Below the pieces are notes generated by a model. It saw only the letters and a list, made by a program, of their open reading frames with translations. It had not been told where the DNA came from and ran no database searches. The position numbers and the translations under genes were made by a program. A DNA stretch of 64,000 bases from Hyphomicrobiales bacterium (lineage in GTDB: Bacteria; Pseudomonadota; Alphaproteobacteria; Rhizobiales; Xanthobacteraceae): positions 37,473 to 101,472 of the forward strand of contig WHTP01000002.1 in assembly GCA_009377695.1 (NCBI GenBank), written 5' to 3'. Shown piece after piece: positions 7,741 through 15,774 of the stretch. The first letter of the stretch is position 1, and every line of letters begins with the position of its first letter.

Positions 7741-9524
7741 GCGCGCGGTCCGGCGGCGAGCTTGACCGCGGGCAGGCCGAGTGCCGCCATCTCCCGTGGA
7801 GGCGCGGTTTCCTCCGGCAAGCGTCCGAGCCCGATCCGGACCATGGCGGGGCCGAGCGCCCGCGACGCGGTGATGACCGCAAGGGGGATCGACAGCAACG
7901 GACCGCCAGCGACGAACAGCGCGTAGGGGATCGCGCTCGGCACCGTCAGCGCCAACAGGCCAAGCGTGGAGGCTCCAAGCAGCGTGTGCGGCCATAACTG
8001 CCGTGCCGCCAGCGACCACGGCACCCTGTGGTCGTCGCGTACCTGCACGCCCCAGGCGATCGAACGGCCTGATAACAGCCGCGCGAGAAAAATCGTATGC
8101 GCGAACCACATGATCGGCGCCAGCATCAGGAAGAAGATCGTCTCGGTGATCACGCTCGCGACGAAGCGGACACCGCCGCCGAAGCTCTTCCGCAGCGCTG
8201 GCCGCATGAGCACGTCGATGACGGTCGCGATCTTCGGCGCAAACCACATCAGGAGGACGAGACAGAACACGGTGAAGCCAGGGACGGGGCGGATGAACAC
8301 CTGGCCGGAGCCCGCAATCGCGACCGCGAGGGAGCCGAACACCAGCAACCCGATCCAGCCTGGCGAGCCGAGAAACATCAGCAGCGCAAACGCGAGTTGA
8401 TAGCGACTCACCGGTTTGAGCCCTGGCATCACCAGGAAATGCCAATACTGCATGTTGCCTTGGCACCAGCGAAGGTCGCGCTGGATGAACTCGGTCAGCG
8501 TCGGCGGGTTCTGCTCGAAGCTGGCGCCTTCCTCCGGCAGCACGCGCACCTCGTAACCGGCGCGCCGCATCAGCACGGCCTCGACCTGGTCGTGGCTGAG
8601 CACGAACCCCTCGATCAGCGCACCCTTGCCAAGCACCGGCAGGTGGCAATGCATCATGAAAGGAGCGATGCGGATGAGCGCGTTGTGGCCCCAATAGGGC
8701 CCGCAGTCGCCCTGCCACCAGGCGCTGCCGATGGTGTAGGAACGCATGCCGAGCCGCATGCCGAACTGGAAGACGCGCGCGAACGCGCTGGTCGACGGCA
8801 TGCCGACGACCAGGCTTTGCAGGATGCCGAGCCGCGGCGTCGCCTGCATCACGCGTACGAGGCGGAGCACGGCGTCGGCGGTCATGAGACTGTCGGCATC
8901 GAGTACCAAGGCGAAATCGTGCTGGTCGCCCCAGCGGTCGCAGAAGTCACGGATGTTGCCAGCCTTGAAACCGGTGTTGATCTCGCGCCGCCGATACGTG
9001 ATCGGGATATGGCGGCGCCAGATGTTGGCGAACTCGGCAAAGTGCCGGCTCTCGATCGCGGCATGCGCGAGATCGCCGGTGTCGCTCAGCACATAGATAT
9101 GAAACTGCTCCGCGACGCCGTGCTTCACCAGGCCGTCGATGATCGGTGCGATGTGGCGGATGACGCGTTCAGGTGGCTCGCTGCGGACGCAAACGAGGAC
9201 CGCGGTTGATGTCACGATCGGTTCGTGATCCGAGCCGCGGCCGGCCGCCGGTGTCACCGCCGCGACCGGATCGCGCGCAAAGCGCATGATGATCAGGCCG
9301 ATGGTCGCATTCCAGAATCCGATGACCAGCCATGGCAGTGTGAGGGCAAACAGCACGACCAGCAGCAAGTCGCCGGGGCTGAAGCCACCGACCGACAGCG
9401 CGTGCACCGACAGCCAGATCATTCCGGCCATGGTTAGTCCGACCAGCGTGAAAAAGAGAACACGCCGGCCGGTCGGCGGTGCGTCGATCACGAACTCGGG
9501 CGAGCGTTCCAGCATGGCTTTCAT
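7737..9524 (-). CDS. opgH: Glucans biosynthesis glucosyltransferase H (OpgH/MdoH)
   Basis: GT2 core: ...VLVCVRSEPPERV...YVLSDTGD...LVLDADSLM...QRDLRWCQGNMQ..., plus multiple TM segments. Start set at ATG 9524, because residues from 9596 are encoded by a palindromic repeat. 9515 or 9596 are also possible. Confidence 0.9.
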   Translation of the reverse strand: MKAMLERSPEFVIDAPPTGRRVLFFTLVGLTMAGMIWLSVHALSVGGFSPGDLLLVVLFALTLPWLVIGFWNATIGLIIMRFARDPVAAVTPAAGRGSDHEPIVTSTAVLVCVRSEPPERVIRHIAPIIDGLVKHGVAEQFHIYVLSDTGDLAHAAIESRHFAEFANIWRRHIPITYRRREINTGFKAGNIRDFCDRWGDQHDFALVLDADSLMTADAVLRLVRVMQATPRLGILQSLVVGMPSTSAFARVFQFGMRLGMRSYTIGSAWWQGDCGPYWGHNALIRIAPFMMHCHLPVLGKGALIEGFVLSHDQVEAVLMRRAGYEVRVLPEEGASFEQNPPTLTEFIQRDLRWCQGNMQYWHFLVMPGLKPVSRYQLAFALLMFLGSPGWIGLLVFGSLAVAIAGSGQVFIRPVPGFTVFCLVLLMWFAPKIATVIDVLMRPALRKSFGGGVRFVASVITETIFFLMLAPIMWFAHTIFLARLLSGRSIAWGVQVRDDHRVPWSLAARQLWPHTLLGASTLGLLALTVPSAIPYALFVAGGPLLSIPLAVITASRALGPAMVRIGLGRLPEETAPPREMAALGLPAVKLAAGPRA

Positions 9525-9556
9525 TTCCAGCGCATATGGATATAGCTCATTTTCGT

Positions 9557-9613
9557 AGTGTCCCGATCCGAAGTTCGCAAACTCCTCGCGGCACATTCTG
9601 CTGCGAACTTCGG
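9557..9613. repeat. Palindromic repeat, family E (arms CCGAAGTTCGCA / TGCGAACTTCGG)
   Basis: Read directly. The left flank TAGTGTCCCGATCCGAAGTTCGCA resembles the element at 15128. Confidence 0.8.
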
Positions 9614-9643
9614 AAGCAAAAAGATGCTACCAACGTATTGATT

Positions 9644-9720
9644 CTAGTGCCCCTTTTGAACCCAAAGTTCGCAGACGAATGAGCAGCACGGGCTTGCAAA
9701 CTTTGGGTTCGGGGCACTAG
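9644..9720. repeat. Palindromic repeat, family E: CTAGTGCCCC..GAACCCAAAGTTCGCA-loop-TGCAAACTTTGGGTTC..GGGGCACTAG
   Basis: Read directly; 77-bp imperfect palindrome. Confidence 0.85.
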
Positions 9721-9740
9721 TTGCCGTTCGAGCGTAAAGC

Positions 9741-10706
9741 ATGACGTCGAAAGCACTCTGGTACGTCGCAAAGAAGCGAGCCGAACTGCGCGAGGAGCCG
9801 CCGCTCGCTGCGCCGGCTGCCGGAGAGCTGCGCGTGCGCGCGCGCTTCGGCGGCGTCAGTCGCGGGACCGAGCGGCTTGTTTTTGAGGGACGCGTGCCGG
9901 AAAGCGAATACAAGCGCATGCGCGCGCCGTTCATGGACGGAGCGTTCCCTCATCCCGTGAAATACGGCTATTCGGTCGTCGGAACGGTGCAGGATGGCCC
10001 CCGCGTCGGGCAAACCGTTTTTGTGCTGCACCCGCACCAGAGCGAGTTTGTCGTGCCCGATGCGGTAGCCGCAATCGTGCCCGACACCGTGCCGGCGCAG
10101 CGCGCGGTGCTCGCCGCCAATATGGAGACGGCGCTGAATGCGGTCTGGGACGGCGCACCCGCACCGGCCGACCGGGTCGCGATTGTGGGCGGCGGCGTGG
10201 TCGGGCTGCTGGTCGCGCGACTGTGTGCACGCATGCCGGGCACAAGCGTCACCGTGGTCGACGTGTCGCCTGGCCGGGCAGAGCTGGCGCGGGCGCTCGG
10301 CGCAGGCTTCGCGACGCCCGACGATGCGCCCGAGAACTGCGATGTGGTGTTCCACGCCAGCGCTAGCGGCGCCGGGCTCGCAACGGCGCTCCGAATTGCC
10401 GGCGAGGAAGCCGTCGTCATCGAATTGAGTTGGTACGGCAGCGGTGACGTCGCCGCACCGCTCGGGCAGGCGTTCCATAGCCAGCGGCTGCGGCTCATCT
10501 CTAGCCAGGTCGGCAAGGTCGCTGCATCCCACCGGCCGCGCTGGACGCATCAGCAACGGATGGCCGCCGCGCTGGCGCTGCTCGGCGATCCCGCGCTCGA
10601 TGCGCTCATCGCGCCGTCCTTTGAATTCGCGGAGCTGCCGGAACGGTTGCCGGGGCTCCTCGCAGTCGATGCAGACGCGCGTTGTCCGCTCATCCGCTAT
10701 CCTTAA
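9741..10706 (+). CDS. MDR-superfamily (zinc-type alcohol dehydrogenase-like) oxidoreductase
   Basis: GroES-like N-terminus (ELRVRARFGGVSRGTERLV) and Rossmann motif VAIVGGGVVGLLVARL. Confidence 0.8.
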   Translation: MTSKALWYVAKKRAELREEPPLAAPAAGELRVRARFGGVSRGTERLVFEGRVPESEYKRMRAPFMDGAFPHPVKYGYSVVGTVQDGPRVGQTVFVLHPHQSEFVVPDAVAAIVPDTVPAQRAVLAANMETALNAVWDGAPAPADRVAIVGGGVVGLLVARLCARMPGTSVTVVDVSPGRAELARALGAGFATPDDAPENCDVVFHASASGAGLATALRIAGEEAVVIELSWYGSGDVAAPLGQAFHSQRLRLISSQVGKVAASHRPRWTHQQRMAAALALLGDPALDALIAPSFEFAELPERLPGLLAVDADARCPLIRYP

Positions 10707-10727
10707 TTTGGCCAACGGAGGTGTTCC

Positions 10728-11129
10728 TTGTACGCGGTCGAAGTCTCGGACCAGATCATGATTGCCCATTCGTTCCGTGGCGCTGTGTTCGGTCCCGCGC
10801 AGGAGTTGCACGGCGCGACCTTTGTGGTGCGTGCCGCCTTCTTCTCCGACCGGCTCGACGAGAACGGCATTGTCGTCGATATCGGACGCGCGCATGACGT
10901 TCTTAAGGCAGCGCTGAAACCGCTCAACTACCGCAATCTCGACGACCTGCCGGAGTTCAAGGGCGTGAACACGACGACCGAATTCCTCACCAGATACGTC
11001 TACGACCTCTTGGCGGATGCAGCGCGCTCCGACGGCTTGGGCCGTCCGGGCAGCGAATTATCCTCGATCCGGGTCACGGTGGCGGAATCGCCAAATGCGC
11101 GAGCCTGGTACGAGGCCCCCCTGCGATGA
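10728..11129 (+). CDS. 6-pyruvoyl-tetrahydropterin synthase / QueD-like T-fold protein with a non-canonical active site
   Basis: IMIAHSFRG...ELHGATFVV aligns to the QueD segment AAHRL...C..LHGHSF. The catalytic Cys and one Zn-binding His are absent. Confidence 0.75.
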   Translation: MYAVEVSDQIMIAHSFRGAVFGPAQELHGATFVVRAAFFSDRLDENGIVVDIGRAHDVLKAALKPLNYRNLDDLPEFKGVNTTTEFLTRYVYDLLADAARSDGLGRPGSELSSIRVTVAESPNARAWYEAPLR

Positions 11130-12163
11130 AGCGGGTGGCGTTTGCGGTGCCTGGCGACCTCGCGACGCCGACCGGGGGCTATGTTTATGACCGGCGGATC
11201 GTCGCCGAACTGCCGAAATCCGGATGGCAGGTCGATGTCGTCGATATCGGCGCGAGCTTTCCGCGTGCCTCGGTCGCAGAGCGGGCGACCGCGCATCTGC
11301 AACTCGCCGCGCTGCCTCATGGCCGCTTGATCGTCGTCGACGGGCTTGCCTTCGGCGTGATGCCGCAGAGCGCCGAAGCGCTCAATCAGACGCACAGGCT
11401 GGTGGCGCTGGTTCATCATCCGCTCGCGCTTGAAACCGGCGTGCCGGAGTGGGAGGCGGCGCAATTCAGGGCCAGCGAGCGTCTCGCATTGTCATTCGTG
11501 CATCGCGTCATCACGACCAGCGCGACGACCGCGCGATTGCTGGTGCAGAATTTTGCGGTTCCGGAGGATAGGATCAGCATCGTGCGGCCGGGCAACGACC
11601 GCGTCCCGATCCCGGAGCGGTTCATCAGGAAGTCCGTCAATCTCCTGGCTGTGGGATCAATCGTGCCGCGCAAGGGCTATGACCTCTTGATTGCGGCGCT
11701 CGGCCAGATCCCGGACCTGCCGTGGCGGCTGGTGATTGCCGCCGATCCCGGCGCAGCGCGGGCGCTACAGGCGCAGATCGCCTCGCTGCGCCTCACGGGT
11801 CGCGTGGAACTGGCCGGCGTTGTGTCGGACGAGCGGCTGGCGGAGTTCTATGCGGACGCCGACCTGTTCGTACTGCCGTCGCGCTACGAAGGCTACGGCA
11901 TGGCCTATACCGAAGCGATTGCGCATGGATTGCCAGTCGTAGGCACAACCGCCGGTGCTATACCGGAAGCGGTCCCGCGTGACGCGGGCGTGCTCGTGCC
12001 GCCAGATAATGTCAGCGAGCTGACATTGACCTTGATGCGGCTGATCGGAAGTCCGGCCGATCGTACGCGCCTCAACGCCGGCGCCCGTGCCGCGGCAGCG
12101 GCGCTGCCCACCTGGGATGACGCCGGGCGGCAGTTCTCGCAAGCACTGGATCTGGTAGCATGA
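11126..12163 (+). CDS. GT4-type (GT-B) glycosyltransferase
   Basis: ...GGYVYDRRIV...LLAVGSIVPRKGYDLLI...DLFVLPSRYEGYGMAYTEAIAHGLPVVGT... ATGA overlap with the PTPS-like stop. Confidence 0.8.
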   Translation: MKRVAFAVPGDLATPTGGYVYDRRIVAELPKSGWQVDVVDIGASFPRASVAERATAHLQLAALPHGRLIVVDGLAFGVMPQSAEALNQTHRLVALVHHPLALETGVPEWEAAQFRASERLALSFVHRVITTSATTARLLVQNFAVPEDRISIVRPGNDRVPIPERFIRKSVNLLAVGSIVPRKGYDLLIAALGQIPDLPWRLVIAADPGAARALQAQIASLRLTGRVELAGVVSDERLAEFYADADLFVLPSRYEGYGMAYTEAIAHGLPVVGTTAGAIPEAVPRDAGVLVPPDNVSELTLTLMRLIGSPADRTRLNAGARAAAAALPTWDDAGRQFSQALDLVA

Positions 12164-12969
12164 GTGTTTTTTCGGCTGGTTGGCTAGCGCTGCGCGAACC
12201 GTATGATCTTGCGGCGCGCAATACGACCGTCCTCGACGCCGTGCTTGCGGCCTTCCGCGGGCAAGCGTCGATCTCGATCGTGGATCTTGCCTGCGGCACC
12301 GGCTCGACGTTGCGGGCCATCAGCGGACGATTGCCGGCGCGACAGACCTGGCGCCTGGTCGACAACGATCTCGGACTGCTGACCGTGGCAGGGACGCTTG
12401 GGCAGCCGCCGGATATCACTGTTACCGCGCGTGCGGTCGATCTCGTTCGCGATCTCGAATTGGCGCTCGATGGACCGATCGATCTGATCACGATGTCGGC
12501 GATGCTCGATCTCGTGTCGGAGGATTGGCTGGAGCGCCTCATGATCGAAGCAGCGGCGCGTAGGCTGCCGATCTATGCGGCGCTCAGCTATGACGGCCGC
12601 GTGTCGTTCGATCCGCCCGCTGCATTCGACGCCGATATCGTCGATGCGGTCAATCGCCATCAGCAGACCGACAAGGGATTTGGTCTCGCACTCGGACCCG
12701 ATGCGGTTCGATACGCTGCGGAGATCGCCGAACGCGTCGGCTACTCGTTCGTCGACGGGCCATCCGACTGGGTCTTCGGCAAGGCCGACTCGGCGATCCA
12801 GCAGGATGTCCTGCGCGGCTTCGCCCGTGCCGCCGGCGACCTTCGCGAGCTCGCGGACGTACGCACCGCGGATTGGCTGACGCGCCGCCTGGACATGGTC
12901 GAGGCCGGCGCATCAAGCATGCGCATCGGTCACATTGATTTTTTTGCGATGCCGATGGCGATCCGCTGA
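12160..12969 (+). CDS. Class I SAM-dependent methyltransferase
   Basis: Motif I IVDLACGTGS. ATGA overlap with the glycosyltransferase stop. Confidence 0.7.
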   Translation: MSVFSAGWLALREPYDLAARNTTVLDAVLAAFRGQASISIVDLACGTGSTLRAISGRLPARQTWRLVDNDLGLLTVAGTLGQPPDITVTARAVDLVRDLELALDGPIDLITMSAMLDLVSEDWLERLMIEAAARRLPIYAALSYDGRVSFDPPAAFDADIVDAVNRHQQTDKGFGLALGPDAVRYAAEIAERVGYSFVDGPSDWVFGKADSAIQQDVLRGFARAAGDLRELADVRTADWLTRRLDMVEAGASSMRIGHIDFFAMPMAIR

Positions 12970-13763
12970 GCGGACAGATCGCAATCGAGCAGCACCTCGT
13001 CGCCGAGATGGTGGACGCGCATCGGCGCCCTGACCGCCTCGTCGACCCGCTCGATCGGCGCCAGGTTCACGCTCGCCGGGCCGGCGCCGATGATCATCGG
13101 CGCGATCACGACATGCAGCCGGTCGAGGCAGCCGGCCGCCAAAAATCGCGAGACCGTGTTCGAACCGCCTTCGATCAGGATGCGGCGAAAGCCGCGCTGC
13201 GCAAGCGCCGCGAGAACGGCGTCTGGCGCAAGCTGCCCATCTGCGGCGGCAAGGCGGACCACCTCGATACTGGCAGGGAGATCGAGCATCGTGTCCATTT
13301 TGGTAACGACCAGCCGGCGCACTCCGTCGTCCGCCAGGAGGAGCGCGGTTGGTGCCAGCCGGCCGCTCGGATCGAGCACGACACGGGCGGGGCTCGGGCC
13401 CGCAACGCGGCGAACGGTCAGTTGCGGATCGTCGGCGAGCGCAGTGCCGACGCCCACCACGACAGCATCGACCAGCGCACGCAGGCGATGCAGATGCGCG
13501 AGACCTTCGGTCCCGTTGATGTAGTGCGAATGTCCGCTTGCGGTCGCGATGCGGGCGTCGATCGATTGTCCGCATTGCGCGACGACCACCATGTCGTCGA
13601 CCGTGCCACGGCGCAACGGACCGAATACGTCTTCCCACGGTGCAGGCAACAAAAAATCCGTCTCCCGAAGCATCCGAGGAACTAGGTGCCACGTACTAGG
13701 GTTATCTTCTTTGGCCGTGTCGAAGGCCTCCTGGATCCGAGTTGGTGTTGAGCCGGTCGCCAT
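12930..13763 (-). CDS. RibD C-terminal-domain-type pyrimidine reductase (no deaminase domain)
   Basis: ...VVVAQCGQSIDARIATASGHSHYINGTEGLAHLHRLRALVDAVVVGVGTALADDPQLTVR...ILIEGGSNT... Start set at ATG 13763 (MATGSTP...). Its 3' end overlaps the methyltransferase 3' end by 40 nt (convergent). Confidence 0.75.
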   Translation of the reverse strand: MATGSTPTRIQEAFDTAKEDNPSTWHLVPRMLRETDFLLPAPWEDVFGPLRRGTVDDMVVVAQCGQSIDARIATASGHSHYINGTEGLAHLHRLRALVDAVVVGVGTALADDPQLTVRRVAGPSPARVVLDPSGRLAPTALLLADDGVRRLVVTKMDTMLDLPASIEVVRLAAADGQLAPDAVLAALAQRGFRRILIEGGSNTVSRFLAAGCLDRLHVVIAPMIIGAGPASVNLAPIERVDEAVRAPMRVHHLGDEVLLDCDLSAQRIAIGIAKKSM

Positions 13764-13868
13764 GATGTCGTGATATTTGGAGAACGAGATCGTGAAAACG
13801 CCCGTTTTGGCGTCGATTATTGCGAATATCCGCTTAGCCGCGGACACAGTCGGGGCTGGAGATCGTCC

Positions 13869-15008
13869 GTGATCGAGGGTACCAGTGCTGCATCTGCCGC
13901 TCCCTTTGGACCGGCGGATCATATCGCCGTTGAGCGCGCCTTGGCGGAATTTCGCTCAGGGCGGCCGGTTGTCATCGAGTCCCATTCCGGTTCGGTCGCC
14001 GCCTTGCCCATCGACGGGATAACCGATGCGCGGCTGGCGGCGTTCCGGCAGCTTTGCGCGCCAGCCGAGTTACACGTGGTCATCACGGCAAGCCGTGCGC
14101 GAGCGCTTGGACGCGATGCCAGGGAGCCGGTCGGTCTTGCTTTCGCGGACGGCGGTAGCGCAGCGGCGCTCCTGTCGCTGGTTGTCGATGTTCATGTCGG
14201 GCCGTCCGTCGATGTCGTGAACGCCGGCGCCAATGCGTTGGCGGCGATCGAACTCGCGAAGCTCGCGCATCGATTGCCCGCGCTGCTGGTCGCCGAGGTG
14301 ACGATGAATGCGCCCGATGTCGGTGCGCTCATGCGCGTCGGCGCCGATTCGGTCCTGCAGTTCCGGCGGATGGCCGTCGATTCGCTTGCAGTCGCGGCGG
14401 AAGCCGAGATTCCGCTTAATGGCGCACTGTCAACCCGCTTCGTAATTTTTCGCGATGCGATTGGCGGCAGCTCAACGGCGGTGATCGTAGGCGAGCCGGA
14501 TTGTTCAGGTCCGGTGCCGTTGCGCCTGCACTCGGCCTGCCTGACCGGCGACGTGTTCGGCTCGCGGCGTTGCGATTGCGGCGATCAGCTTCGCATGTCC
14601 TTGCGCAGGCTGGATGACGAAGGCGGCGGCATCATCCTCTATCTCGAGCAGGAGGGCCGCGGCCTCGGGCTCGCAAACAAGATGCGGGCCTATAGGTTGC
14701 AGGATGACGGGCTTGACACGCTCGACGCGAACACCATGCTCGGCTTCGACGACGACGAGCGTGATTACGGTGTCGCGGTGAGAATGCTGCAGATCCTCGG
14801 GTGCACGCGCGTGACGTTAATGACCAACAACCCGGCCAAGCTCGATTGGCTGACCAGGGCGGGAATCGAGGTGTGCGGACGCATTCCGCTGCACGGTCCG
14901 GTCAATGCCGACAATCGCCGCTATCTGACAGCCAAGGCGATGCGCGCCGGGCACAAACTTGATAATTTGATGATGGAGCCGGTCAACAGCAGGACACCTG
15001 CTGAATGA
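13869..15008 (+). CDS. ribA: GTP cyclohydrolase II with an extra N-terminal domain of about 170 aa
   Basis: C-terminal half: LRLHSACLTGDVFGSRRCDCGDQL...ILYLEQEGRGLGLANKMRAYRLQD...MTNNPAK (canonical GCH II). Start is tentative: GTG 13869 after GGAGA. The track ORF starts at 13770. Confidence 0.8.
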   Translation: MIEGTSAASAAPFGPADHIAVERALAEFRSGRPVVIESHSGSVAALPIDGITDARLAAFRQLCAPAELHVVITASRARALGRDAREPVGLAFADGGSAAALLSLVVDVHVGPSVDVVNAGANALAAIELAKLAHRLPALLVAEVTMNAPDVGALMRVGADSVLQFRRMAVDSLAVAAEAEIPLNGALSTRFVIFRDAIGGSSTAVIVGEPDCSGPVPLRLHSACLTGDVFGSRRCDCGDQLRMSLRRLDDEGGGIILYLEQEGRGLGLANKMRAYRLQDDGLDTLDANTMLGFDDDERDYGVAVRMLQILGCTRVTLMTNNPAKLDWLTRAGIEVCGRIPLHGPVNADNRRYLTAKAMRAGHKLDNLMMEPVNSRTPAE

Positions 15009-15036
15009 TTTTGCGGAGTGATTTTGAGAGCGGGCG

Positions 15037-15114
15037 CTCGTGTGGCGGTTCAGAAGTCCGCACTATTTTCGCGGCGAGTGCGAATTGCGGACTTCTGAAC
15101 CTAAGCCACACGAG
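15037..15114. repeat. Palindromic repeat, family E (CTCGTGTGGC GGTTCAGAAGTCCGCA-loop-TGCGGACTTCTGAACC..GCCACACGAG)
   Basis: Read directly. Confidence 0.85.
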
Positions 15115-15127
15115 ACTCAATGAGTTG

Positions 15128-15202
15128 CTAGTGTCCTTCGATTCCGAAGTTCGTATAAGAGGCCGCCGCGCAATGGTACGAACTTCGGAATCGAGACACT
15201 AG
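15128..15202. repeat. Palindromic repeat, family E (CTAGTGTCC..GATTCCGAAGTTCGTA-loop-TACGAACTTCGGAATC..CACTAG)
   Basis: Read directly. Confidence 0.85.
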
Positions 15203-15217
15203 GCGGAGGGGGCATCA

Positions 15218-15763
15218 ATGAACGACATGACGGCGGCCGCGCCGGGTTACACGCCGACCGCGCGGGTGCTGCATTGGATCGTTGCCGCATTGGTGCTGCT
15301 GATGGTGCCGCTGGGCATCGTGATTGCCAATGAATGGGGCGGGCCGGCGCAGCAATTTCTCTACAACCTGCACAAATCGATCGGCGTGACGCTGATCCCG
15401 ATCGTCATCGTTCGGCTGCTCTATCGCCTGAGCCATCCAGCGCCGCCGCTGCCGAGCGACATCCCGGCGATCCAGCAATTTGCCGCGCATGCGTCGCACT
15501 GGTCGCTCTATGCGCTGATCCTGATACAGCCGATCGTCGGTTACATTATGACGTCGGCCTATCCGGCGCCGGTCCCATTCTTCGGCTTGTTCAACCTGCC
15601 GGCGATCTGGCCGGAAAACCGCGCGCTCTCGGAGCAGCTTTCGGTCGTCCACTTGTATATTGGTCTTGCCATCGCGGTGATCGCGACCATCCACATTAGT
15701 GCAGCGCTGTTCCATCATTTCGTGCGCAAGGATCGTGTCCTCATGCGCATGATCACCGGTTAA
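15218..15763 (+). CDS. Cytochrome b561-family membrane protein
   Basis: RVLHWIVA...LHKSIG...HWSLYALI...HISAALFHHF: four TM segments with conserved His. Confidence 0.85.
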   Translation: MNDMTAAAPGYTPTARVLHWIVAALVLLMVPLGIVIANEWGGPAQQFLYNLHKSIGVTLIPIVIVRLLYRLSHPAPPLPSDIPAIQQFAAHASHWSLYALILIQPIVGYIMTSAYPAPVPFFGLFNLPAIWPENRALSEQLSVVHLYIGLAIAVIATIHISAALFHHFVRKDRVLMRMITG

Positions 15764-15774
15764 CGGCCCCCGCG

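Noticed and set aside
7741-8718. N-terminal 325 aa of the 581-aa track ORF 6973..8718
   Set aside because: It overlaps opgH in another frame and has junk-like composition. The FkbM domain begins at GTG 7740, which overlaps the opgH stop.
9525-9596. Longer N-terminus of opgH (MCREEFANFGSGHYENELYPYALE)
   Set aside because: It is encoded by the palindromic repeat 9557-9613, so an internal ATG (9524 or 9515) is more plausible. I cannot exclude the longer form without data.
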